Shown: positions 56,387-64,000 of the stretch, one piece after another
Layout of the letters: each line of letters opens with the position of its first letter
Numbering within the stretch: position 1 is the first letter of the stretch
IMG/VR virus record: IMGVR_UViG_3300028423_001099
Coordinates: 22,577-86,576 of that record
From: a virus
Reading direction: 5' to 3' (one strand)
Length of the DNA: 64,000 nt
Program-made: the position numbers and the translations under genes
Notes under the pieces: model-generated
Told to the model about the DNA's origin: nothing
Databases searched by the model: none
The model's input: only the letters and a program-made list of their open reading frames with translations

Positions 56387-57844
56387 CTACTTGTAATCCA
56401 CTTTGGTCACTGAGTGACGAAAGTTTTGTTCTCGATAGAATTGTTTGCGCTTGGTTAGATGTCTTTTACTGTACTTGAGATTGCTGGTTAAATCAACCAC
56501 CTGCACATAGTCTTTGTCTTTGGCTTTGCGGATGCCCCTGCCGATGCTTTGAATTACTCTCACAAAGCTCTTGCCAGGCTCTAGCATGATGAGATTGAAA
56601 ATTCTAGGTATATTGATGCCCACCGCTGCCACTCCATATGTGGCTACTACAACTTTGTTGTTCATCTCTGAAATATCATCATATTCTCTTTGACGATCTT
56701 TCACTTTCATGCTGCCACTCACAAATACCCAGTCTGGATTTAGATCCAAAAATGTTTCTCCGGTGGCTAATCGATCGATTAGCACCAGTGTGTTGCCTGA
56801 TGTACTCATTTCGTTGATGATCTGTGAGATATATGCCAGTCGATCTCTGTCAGTGGTCAACCACTTGAGCTCTTGCGCATAACCGTTGAAGCCCATTGGG
56901 CCATCCTGCAATTGCAGTATGCTGATATCTAAATCAGCAAGCACGCCCATGTCTTGCAGTTCTTTGCTGCTGAGATTACCTACCACAGGGCCCAGTGCAC
57001 AGGTACATGCCACTGCTTCGTGTTCGTCTTTGGGCACTGTGCCAGTGAGTCCCCAGCGTATAGGCACGTTGCGAAACATGCCGCTGAGTTGGTCCTTGAG
57101 CACATCAGCTTTGGCTTTGTGTACTTCATCAACCATGATGCATACCACATTATCAAGAAACACATCAAGATCAACTTCTGCTTCTCCGGCCTTGGTTTTC
57201 TTCTCTAGTACAGCCAAGCTCTGCCAGGTGCAGATAGTATGTGTCTTGTCATACTCTTTGCGGTCTCCGTAGAGCACGCCCACATCTAAGCCCAGGTTGC
57301 GATAGTCTTTTTCTGTTTGTACCACTAGATCCTTGTTGGGCACAATCACAATGGTTCTGCCATAACCTTCGCATCTATGGCTCAGTACAGCAGTGATCAG
57401 TGTCTTGCCTGCGCCTGTGGCTACTTCCTGCAGGCACTGTGGATTATCCAGGAAGCGATTGATCACTTCGACCTGGTACTCTCTGAGTATGATGGGCAAT
57501 CCTTCACTGGGGTGTCGCTTGGGCCAAGCCACATGCTCATAACTGGTCTGGGCCACAGTGTCAAATTCAAATTGCCACTGTGGACGTTGATCGTCGATCT
57601 CGATCTCATAGCCTTGACCTTGCACAATTGGCAGCAGTTTGTCTAGGAGATTGAGGTAACTACGTCCGCCTACATCGCAGAAACGCACACAGCCGTCCCA
57701 TCTGCCTAGCTTGTATGCAGGCATATGATAGGCGTAAGGCAAGAAGTATTTTACTGTGTCGCTGAGCTTGCGCCGTGTTGCAGCATCAAGCTCGCGGAAC
57801 CTCACATTTACTTCGTCTTTGATTTCCAGTATGCATTTGGCCAT
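56387..57844 (-). CDS. uvsW: UvsW-like SF2 DNA helicase
   Basis: LREYQ, ATGAGKT, DEVH, GLTGT, QSIGRGIR. Confidence 0.92.
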   Translation of the reverse strand: MAKCILEIKDEVNVRFRELDAATRRKLSDTVKYFLPYAYHMPAYKLGRWDGCVRFCDVGGRSYLNLLDKLLPIVQGQGYEIEIDDQRPQWQFEFDTVAQTSYEHVAWPKRHPSEGLPIILREYQVEVINRFLDNPQCLQEVATGAGKTLITAVLSHRCEGYGRTIVIVPNKDLVVQTEKDYRNLGLDVGVLYGDRKEYDKTHTICTWQSLAVLEKKTKAGEAEVDLDVFLDNVVCIMVDEVHKAKADVLKDQLSGMFRNVPIRWGLTGTVPKDEHEAVACTCALGPVVGNLSSKELQDMGVLADLDISILQLQDGPMGFNGYAQELKWLTTDRDRLAYISQIINEMSTSGNTLVLIDRLATGETFLDLNPDWVFVSGSMKVKDRQREYDDISEMNNKVVVATYGVAAVGINIPRIFNLIMLEPGKSFVRVIQSIGRGIRKAKDKDYVQVVDLTSNLKYSKRHLTKRKQFYREQNFRHSVTKVDYK

Positions 57845-57850
57845 AGTGTT

Positions 57851-57879
57851 ATTATAGTTGGTTCGACCTGATTTGTCAA
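57851..57879 (-). promoter_or_regulatory. Consensus sigma70 promoter, likely leaderless transcript
   Basis: TTGACA-N17-TATAAT, 6 nt before the ATG. Confidence 0.75.
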
Positions 57880-57881
57880 AT

Positions 57882-57913
57882 AAAAATCCTCCCGGTATGT
57901 TTCAACCGGGAGG
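57882..57913 (-). terminator. Rho-independent terminator
   Basis: CCTCCCGGT/ACCGGGAGG stem followed by ATTTTT. Confidence 0.75.
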
Positions 57914-57942
57914 CCAAAATGGTTTGCCATTGGTGGGAGAAC

Positions 57943-58944
57943 TCAGGCAAACCGCTTCATACATGTGCTCTCTGCTAGTTCTTTCCAGGTATCTGGACTC
58001 ATTTGCTTGAGGTCTGCGATTTTAAGCACCATACGCAAACTGATCTCTCTGAGATAGTTTGCTTTTTCAACCATGAAGTCCACCACCTCCTGGTTGCCTT
58101 CTTTGCCAAAACCATACTCGTCCAGCATGCCGTCATGCACAATCTGGTTGATGCGCAGGAAGCGATCGGCCACACTGTCCATTTCTAGATCAATATAGTG
58201 ACAACGACTCATCAGTGCTGATAGATGATCCTGGATTTTCTTGCTGCGAACATTCTCAAAGTCCACGTTGGTGATAAAGATCACGCCGCCTTTGAACTCA
58301 AAGCGACCTGGAATGCCTTCGCGGCGCAGTGTGTTGCTCTCTGACTTCCAGCTGATTGTGCGTTTCTTGCCTGAGTCCAACACTGCTTTGAGCATGTTCA
58401 AACATACTTCATCAAATAGAATGCTGTCACAGTCATCAAACACCAAGATGTTGCCGGCGTCTGCATTGGCATACAGTGTTTGATACAGGCCAATTGGTGT
58501 CATTGCTCCTTTGACCACTTCAGTGCGAGCAGGCGTGTTGCTGAGCTTGCTCATAGCGTCATACTCTTCTAGGATACGCTCAACACCAAAACTCTTGCCG
58601 ACGCCCGGAGGTCCACTGACAATAAGCCCTCGCACCACGCTGTTGGCCACAGCATCAGTCATCTTATCTAATATGTTGAACCGTTTGCGAATACGATCCA
58701 TGGCCTCTTCTGGAGTTTCGTTGTTTCGCTGTTCTTCGGCTTTGCTGCCCAGCAATTCAACGGCCTCTTCTGAGGGCACGCTAACACGAATCGCATTCAC
58801 GTCAGTGTCAATGATGTCAGTTGGGTCTACTGTAACAAAAAGACCTTTTTTTCCTCTGGTCAATGGTTTGACCAACGGAAACACTGTGTTGTTTATTTCG
58901 GCGTTTCTGTAACGACCTTTGATAATCTTAACTTGTGCTGTCAT
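57943..58944 (-). CDS. AAA+ ATPase
   Basis: GPPGVGKS, VFDDCD, FITN, SRC; GGAGA RBS; TTGACA at 59009-59014. Confidence 0.85.
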   Translation of the reverse strand: MTAQVKIIKGRYRNAEINNTVFPLVKPLTRGKKGLFVTVDPTDIIDTDVNAIRVSVPSEEAVELLGSKAEEQRNNETPEEAMDRIRKRFNILDKMTDAVANSVVRGLIVSGPPGVGKSFGVERILEEYDAMSKLSNTPARTEVVKGAMTPIGLYQTLYANADAGNILVFDDCDSILFDEVCLNMLKAVLDSGKKRTISWKSESNTLRREGIPGRFEFKGGVIFITNVDFENVRSKKIQDHLSALMSRCHYIDLEMDSVADRFLRINQIVHDGMLDEYGFGKEGNQEVVDFMVEKANYLREISLRMVLKIADLKQMSPDTWKELAESTCMKRFA

Positions 58945-59034
58945 ATGTGTTCTCCCACAAACAATATTATTCAAGTTGCATGTATAACGATAGCACAATG
59001 CGCAAGTTTGTCAACCGTAAAAACCTCCCAAAAA

Positions 59035-59814
59035 TCAACAACTTAGCTCAAGCAGACTGTGTTTTTTGATATGTTCCAGCGTTTTTTCCGCAATTTTTGC
59101 CTGTGATTGATCCGATGTGTGATATCTACGAAGTGCGTCTGGATAGTTCTGGGGCAAAAGATCACTCAGCTCATTGTTTTTGCTGGTTACAAAACGTGGG
59201 TTTGATTTAGCAAAGTAGTCAGTGTAATCGTCATAGTTGTGTATCATAATCAGCAAATAGGGTATATTTGCATTTTCAAGTGCTTGCACACCACTGGATA
59301 TTATCCAGGCGTCTTGGTAACTCCGTATGTGTTCTGAATACAGATGCAGCAAATAGTTCTCAACTGCTTGCTGTTGTGCAGAATTTTTCACAAAGTCACA
59401 GCTCTTGTCGTCCACAATGTTTGAAAGTGTTTCGCTGCGAATGTTATTGTGATTGAATTGTCCATGGAGAACACTTAGGTCAGGACAATGGTCATACTTG
59501 AAATTGTAAACGCCCTTGCTGATGTCAAAATCATTGTTAATAGGATATTCAATTCTGCCCGCAGTGGTTGTGCCATAGATCACAAAATCCACCTGTTGGG
59601 AGATCATCTCATCAAGTTGCAGACGTATTGCTGTGTTGCTGCATCCGCCGCGGGCCAATGTAAAATAGTCGTAGCCCAACTGGTCAGCCATTATCTCAGT
59701 GTAGTGTTTGCCTCCGCTGTCCTTACAATCGTCGCGATCAGGGAGGTCTTGTGTGGCAGCAAAATAGCTATCGCCTACTACACCTAACACAGGCGTAGTC
59801 CTATTCAATGACAA
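59035..59814 (-). CDS. SGNH-like hydrolase-fold protein
   Basis: VGDSY, LARGGCSN, C-terminal YH. Confidence 0.6.
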   Translation of the reverse strand: MSLNRTTPVLGVVGDSYFAATQDLPDRDDCKDSGGKHYTEIMADQLGYDYFTLARGGCSNTAIRLQLDEMISQQVDFVIYGTTTAGRIEYPINNDFDISKGVYNFKYDHCPDLSVLHGQFNHNNIRSETLSNIVDDKSCDFVKNSAQQQAVENYLLHLYSEHIRSYQDAWIISSGVQALENANIPYLLIMIHNYDDYTDYFAKSNPRFVTSKNNELSDLLPQNYPDALRRYHTSDQSQAKIAEKTLEHIKKHSLLELSC

Positions 59815-60262
59815 TATCCTCCATGCCAGCTGTTCTCAGACGAGTGATATGCCCGATCTGCCATTGTTTGACATCTAGGCCTTTCATCACTCCCAAATAC
59901 TTGTTGCGCAACAAACTGAACTGGTTTGCAAGATGTGTGAGGTTGATCACACTGTCCTCACCGTCTACATATTTCTCAGCATCGCGGCTACTGAGCTGTC
60001 TATTATAGGTTTCTAGATACTTGCGAAACACCTTGCTTCTCTCTTTTTTGAGTTCAATGTTGAGAAATTCAAGGATTGCTTCTAGTTCTTGCAACTGGTT
60101 GAATCTATGCTCTGTGGTACCAGGCAATGCTGAACTTGATTTTTCTAGGCTGCCCTTGATAGCACACTCGTATTTTGCTTGTTCGAGCTCACGCTCAAAA
60201 TGCTCAATGCATTCAACAATATTGCCTAGATCCTCTGAAACTTTGTTGTACCAGCCTGCCAT
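59801..60262 (-). CDS. uvsY: Recombination mediator UvsY
   Basis: LSSRDAEKYVDGE, K.WQI..I..LR.AG; near uvsX. Confidence 0.8.
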   Translation of the reverse strand: MAGWYNKVSEDLGNIVECIEHFERELEQAKYECAIKGSLEKSSSALPGTTEHRFNQLQELEAILEFLNIELKKERSKVFRKYLETYNRQLSSRDAEKYVDGEDSVINLTHLANQFSLLRNKYLGVMKGLDVKQWQIGHITRLRTAGMEDIVIE

Positions 60263-60284
60263 GTGTATATCCTCTGAGATAGGT

Positions 60285-60306
60285 CAAGCGGGCCGAAGCC
60301 CGCTTG
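60285..60306 (-). terminator. Stem-loop with C(UUCG)G tetraloop
   Basis: CAAGCGGGC-TTCG-GCCCGCTTG on the minus strand; no clear U tract. Confidence 0.5.
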
Positions 60307-60310
60307 ATTG

Positions 60311-60541
60311 CTAGTCGTAGTCTTCCTGTTCGTCGTAGTCTTCATCCTCATCAAAGTATGACACAAGTGCAGCCTTCATAGCCGAATCAAAATCGTTTTT
60401 GTAGACTCCGATATCATCCAGGCCTAGATTTTCATCAAACAGCTCTAGAATCTTTTCAGCAATTTCCACCTGCTCTTTCTTGGAAATATAAGGCTTAACT
60501 GTGTCCCATACTTCTTCAAGCAAGGCAATTTCAGGACTCAT
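60311..60541 (-). CDS. Small acidic protein
   Basis: 76-aa ORF overlapping the uvsX stop. Confidence 0.65.
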   Translation of the reverse strand: MSPEIALLEEVWDTVKPYISKKEQVEIAEKILELFDENLGLDDIGVYKNDFDSAMKAALVSYFDEDEDYDEQEDYD

Positions 60542-61631
60542 TCTCGATCTCCTCAGACTCTGATTGATTGTCTAGATCATCTGAATCATCTTCTGCTGAT
60601 TCGTCTGGTTGATGACCCCACTCGTCAATGATAGTCTGAAGTTTTTCTCCGGTCCAGCCTTTTCTGAACTCTTTGATGACTTCTCCTGTGACCGGCGAAA
60701 TATACTCAAGTTTATTGCCTGTTTTGTTTACAATGCCTTTGGCTTCAAACAACTCAAGCAGACCAGAATAAGGATTCATCCCTGTTTCATAGGGAATTTT
60801 TACCTGCACGCTCTCAAACGGCTTACTGTAACGTGTTTTCATTACCTTGCACGCTGCACGAATGCCTCGAACATCAGTTACTTTATTGCCTGCATCATCC
60901 TCTTTGAGCTTGAGTTTGCGCATGGCAACCACAATACTTGATGCATAGATAAAGCCTTGGCCTCCTGAGATCTTGTCATCGGGATCAAACATATCCTGTG
61001 AAGCATATGTGTGGTTGGTGCAAACCAAACCAATGGGATAAGGAGCAATCTGATTCACTGTGTTACGCACCAGTGCTGTGAGACTTTTGGCTTTGCGACC
61101 AAGGTCGCCTTTCATGTCGCCTTTGTTAAACTGATCAACATCTGTGGGAGTCAAGAGCATACCCAAACTATCTACAACAAACAGCAGTTTGGGCTGCTCT
61201 TCATATGGCAAATCTCCGTAGTTGCTTTTGTATTCCTTGACGAACTCTGACAAGGCCTTGGCCACATCATCAATCATGCTCACTGAAATTTTCAACAGCT
61301 TTTCAGGTGATGTGTCAACATCTAGAGCTTGAAGCCACTTCTCATCCAGAGCATTTTCTGAATCAAACAGCACCACTTGGCAACCTGCCTCTTGTGCATT
61401 TCTCACAATGTTTCCTGAACAGATAAAGCTCTTGCCTGAACCGGACTCTCCGGCAAACACACACACTTTGCCCAGCGGAATTCCTCGATCAAAATCGCCG
61501 GAAATTAGATAGTTCAATGTGTGATTGCCTGTGCTGATCCAATCTTGAGGATCATGAAAGCCTGCACTGATACCATCAATGCTTTTGGTAATACCAGTGC
61601 GAAACTTGGTTAAGTCAAATGGTTTTTGCAT
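60531..61631 (-). CDS. uvsX: RecA-like recombinase UvsX
   Basis: GESGSGKS, FDSE, VDSLG, TNHTY, SGG.G..YASS. Confidence 0.92.
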   Translation of the reverse strand: MQKPFDLTKFRTGITKSIDGISAGFHDPQDWISTGNHTLNYLISGDFDRGIPLGKVCVFAGESGSGKSFICSGNIVRNAQEAGCQVVLFDSENALDEKWLQALDVDTSPEKLLKISVSMIDDVAKALSEFVKEYKSNYGDLPYEEQPKLLFVVDSLGMLLTPTDVDQFNKGDMKGDLGRKAKSLTALVRNTVNQIAPYPIGLVCTNHTYASQDMFDPDDKISGGQGFIYASSIVVAMRKLKLKEDDAGNKVTDVRGIRAACKVMKTRYSKPFESVQVKIPYETGMNPYSGLLELFEAKGIVNKTGNKLEYISPVTGEVIKEFRKGWTGEKLQTIIDEWGHQPDESAEDDSDDLDNQSESEEIENES

Positions 61632-61642
61632 CTGTGATCTCC

Positions 61643-62653
61643 TTAGGATTGTGCACGATTGCGAATCATAGCAAGAATGTCATCTGTGCTCTTCTTCTCA
61701 TCGCTGTCAGCCGAGGCCGAGGCTTCTGCTGATGGTTCTGGTGTTGGTTCTGCAACAGGCTCAGCCTTGGGTTCTTCTTTGGTTGCTGGCTCAGGCTTTG
61801 GAGCAGACTTTTGCTCTGGTGCCGATGTTGCTTGCACACCTGGCTGTGGAGCACTTGCAGGCACTTCAACACCATATGGCTTATAGAAGTTACCCCATTG
61901 TGCAGGATCATAGAGTTCGCCGTCTACGCTGGCTGCAAACATCTCTGAAATAACTGCATAGTGCTCTTCTGTGGGGCGGGCCGGCAAAAAGTCGCTGAGG
62001 GTGAATAGACCATGTTTGTCAATGGCTGCTAGCTCTTCTTCGTTGAGACTGCGCTCTTTGCGTGCCCAATTCGAAGTGTTATAGTCTGAGTACTTGCCTT
62101 TGGTTGTTTTGGTCAAACGAAAGTCAGTGCCATTCACATAGTCTGTGGGAATATTGTCCATGTCAGGATCCATCAAAGCAGCCTTGATGATGTTGTAGAT
62201 CTGAGGACCAATCACAAATCTGCGAATAGGATTCTCTGGTGCTTCTTCCTGCAGTGGACTGTCATGCACAAAGCCCTGAAAAATATAAGAACGCTTTTTC
62301 CAGTATTTGCGACCCATGTCTTCCAAACTTGGGTCTTTGAACCAAGGGCGTACTTCTGTGAGCACAGGACATGTGTCGCCATACATCTCGCCGCAGGGCA
62401 CTTGCACAGTGACTGGTTTTCTCTCATCGCCGCCTTTGACACCTGGAAAGGCGAGACGAATCATCTGTCGCTCTGCCCAAAAGAATGTGTTGTTAGGGTC
62501 GTCGTCGGGGAGGAATCTCAGCGTAACACTCTGCCCTTCTTCGATGTTCCAGAAGGGATAAATTGCGTTGTCGCCCTGTGAACGGCTGTTGTTGCCGGAG
62601 CTGCTGTTTTCCATTTGTGCCAGCTTGGCACGGATATCTTCTAGTGAGGCCAT
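61643..62653 (-). CDS. 32: gp32-like single-stranded DNA-binding protein
   Basis: LRFLPD, CPV, YWKKRSY, DILAMIRNR tail; AGGAGA RBS. Confidence 0.85.
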   Translation of the reverse strand: MASLEDIRAKLAQMENSSSGNNSRSQGDNAIYPFWNIEEGQSVTLRFLPDDDPNNTFFWAERQMIRLAFPGVKGGDERKPVTVQVPCGEMYGDTCPVLTEVRPWFKDPSLEDMGRKYWKKRSYIFQGFVHDSPLQEEAPENPIRRFVIGPQIYNIIKAALMDPDMDNIPTDYVNGTDFRLTKTTKGKYSDYNTSNWARKERSLNEEELAAIDKHGLFTLSDFLPARPTEEHYAVISEMFAASVDGELYDPAQWGNFYKPYGVEVPASAPQPGVQATSAPEQKSAPKPEPATKEEPKAEPVAEPTPEPSAEASASADSDEKKSTDDILAMIRNRAQS

Positions 62654-62698
62654 GTTGTTTCTCCTTGTTTGCCATGTTTGCCTTGAAGTTGCTGTATT

Positions 62699-62760
62699 AG
62701 TATAATGCCTAGATAACACACTGTCAATAGGGTGACAGTGTGCTAACGTGATTATTTATG
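62699..62760 (-). promoter_or_regulatory. Tandem late (CATAAATA) and sigma70-like (TTGACA-N17-TATACT) promoters with a hairpin over the -35
   Basis: Motifs at 62753-62760 and 62699-62727; CACACTGTCA/TGACAGTGTG inverted repeat. Confidence 0.6.
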
Positions 62761-62767
62761 CAAAGTC

Positions 62768-62794
62768 AAAAAAAAGCCCACACAAAGTGGGCTT
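62768..62794 (-). terminator. Rho-independent terminator
   Basis: AAGCCCAC/GTGGGCTT stem followed by a T-run. Confidence 0.8.
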
Positions 62795-62821
62795 GGTGTT
62801 GCATGGTCTGTGCAAAACAGT

Positions 62822-64000
62822 TTAGAAGATGTCGTATTTTTCTAAAAACATTTCGTAGGCATTTTCCACTGACTCTGTGACCGACTCGTGCACTTTTGCT
62901 TCACGAGCACTCAACAAACAGCTTTTCACTGTGCTGTAGTCAAAGTTGTTGAGACCTTCGCCGCTGCTGATTTTCTGACTGATGCCCTGAAGGTGATTTC
63001 TCAGCATCTCATTCTGTGCAGCACTGCCCAGCTGTGAAATTTGATAGCCCAGTTTAGCATACGGTGACCCAAAATCCACAGCATCATTTTCGCTGAGTAG
63101 GTCTTTTACACCTGAGAAAGTTTCCTTGGCAATTGCACTTTCCAGTGCCTGCTGATAGGCCTGTTGACGTCCTAGGCTACGACGAATGCTGTTCATTGCG
63201 CCTGCAACACGATCATCGAAATGTGTCTCAGTGAACTTGCTTTCTAGGTCTATGTCATCTTCGAGAATCTCTGTGCTCACATAGTCATCTAAACTTTCTA
63301 CTGCTTTAGCATAGGTTTTTACGCCTGACAGTTTGTTCAATGTGTTTTGAATATTGCTGATGTTGTTTTCAGCAAGATCCACATACTGTTGATTTTCTTC
63401 GTTGATTAGCCCGCGTCTGCGCACATACTGCACAAATTCTTTGAGCTTGCGTTGCTCTTGTGCCATTTCAGTGATAGCTGAGCCTACGCTGTCGTAGATC
63501 TCACCACCTTTGTTGATGTGACGAGCCATTGCGCGAGCGGCTTTGAGATTGTTTTCTGCCATTTTAAATCTTTCCTCGCCGCGCTGAATATAGATGCTGT
63601 GTATGTTTCTGCTACGAGCGCCGCGAGATTCTTCGTTGACTGGCCTGCGATGTTTTACCACAATCTTCACATTGTCTAGTGGCTGGTAACTGGTTTTGCT
63701 GCTGCCTGTCATGGCGCCAAATCCTTCTGCTACTTCTTGGTGACTTTCTACGGTCTGAGTGGTCATTGTGTTTTCCTCAGTGTTTTCTTTTTTGTCCTTG
63801 GGTGTCAGTCTACGACTGAATCTCTTGTAATCAAAATCCACAATTGAGTCTCGTGCAAGGTTTCTTAGCATTTCTCTTATTTGATCATCGTTGATTTTGT
63901 TGCTGGTGGATAGCTCAATGGAACGCTCGTCGCGATCAAACTGAACCAAAATTTCGCCGCCATCGGTTACAAATCGATCTGCTTCTCTGGGATCAATCAC
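62822..64000 (-). CDS. Acidic coiled-coil phage protein (5' end probably outside the window)
   Basis: GARSRNI..IYI..GERFK..ARAMARH motif; ORF reaches the window edge. Confidence 0.65.
   Translation of the reverse strand: MIDPREADRFVTDGGEILVQFDRDERSIELSTSNKINDDQIREMLRNLARDSIVDFDYKRFSRRLTPKDKKENTEENTMTTQTVESHQEVAEGFGAMTGSSKTSYQPLDNVKIVVKHRRPVNEESRGARSRNIHSIYIQRGEERFKMAENNLKAARAMARHINKGGEIYDSVGSAITEMAQEQRKLKEFVQYVRRRGLINEENQQYVDLAENNISNIQNTLNKLSGVKTYAKAVESLDDYVSTEILEDDIDLESKFTETHFDDRVAGAMNSIRRSLGRQQAYQQALESAIAKETFSGVKDLLSENDAVDFGSPYAKLGYQISQLGSAAQNEMLRNHLQGISQKISSGEGLNNFDYSTVKSCLLSAREAKVHESVTESVENAYEMFLEKYDIF

Noticed and set aside
1-64000. Genome-wide TAG recoding
   Set aside because: Many genes end cleanly at TAG (e.g. 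1214, 1637, 56387), and in-frame readthrough at the xAA-TAG junctions does not give the repeat or GT sequence.
1-64000. tRNA or rRNA genes
   Set aside because: Intergenic gaps are short and no cloverleaf or T-loop pattern was recognised by eye; a tRNA scan would be needed to exclude them fully.

Overview
A gene-dense segment of a large T4-like (myovirus-type, probably jumbo) dsDNA bacteriophage genome. No tRNA, rRNA, CRISPR array or intact mobile element is visible. The right half holds a replication/recombination module: gp32-like SSB, UvsX, UvsY, UvsW, AAA ATPase, gp62-like protein, ThyX, a minimal DnaE-like polymerase core, primase and gp41 helicase. The window also carries NrdA/NrdB/glutaredoxin, PAAR, a large tail-fibre-like protein, peptide deformylase, a GH6 cellulase, a subtilisin, radical SAM genes and many glycan-modifying genes (glycosyl-, sulfo- and methyltransferases, SGNH-like). 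Transcription signals are sigma70-like TTGACA-N16/17-TATAAT promoters and a recurrent late-promoter-like GATAAATA, often with almost no leader. Two things stand out. (1) A late block (about 29-46 kb, also 0-6 kb) encodes proteins with T4-like capsid-targeting N-termini and internal hydrophobic-x-Glu sites that bracket small Cys/His-basic modules and enzymes, including a double nucleotidyltransferase, i.e. apparent head-packaged polyproteins. (2) At 39.1-42.2 kb are three arrays of a 78-nt (26-aa) hypervariable repeat; two of them start with an identical 100-nt sequence and lie +1 out of frame behind an xAA-TAG stop. All product calls come from motifs read by eye, with no database search.
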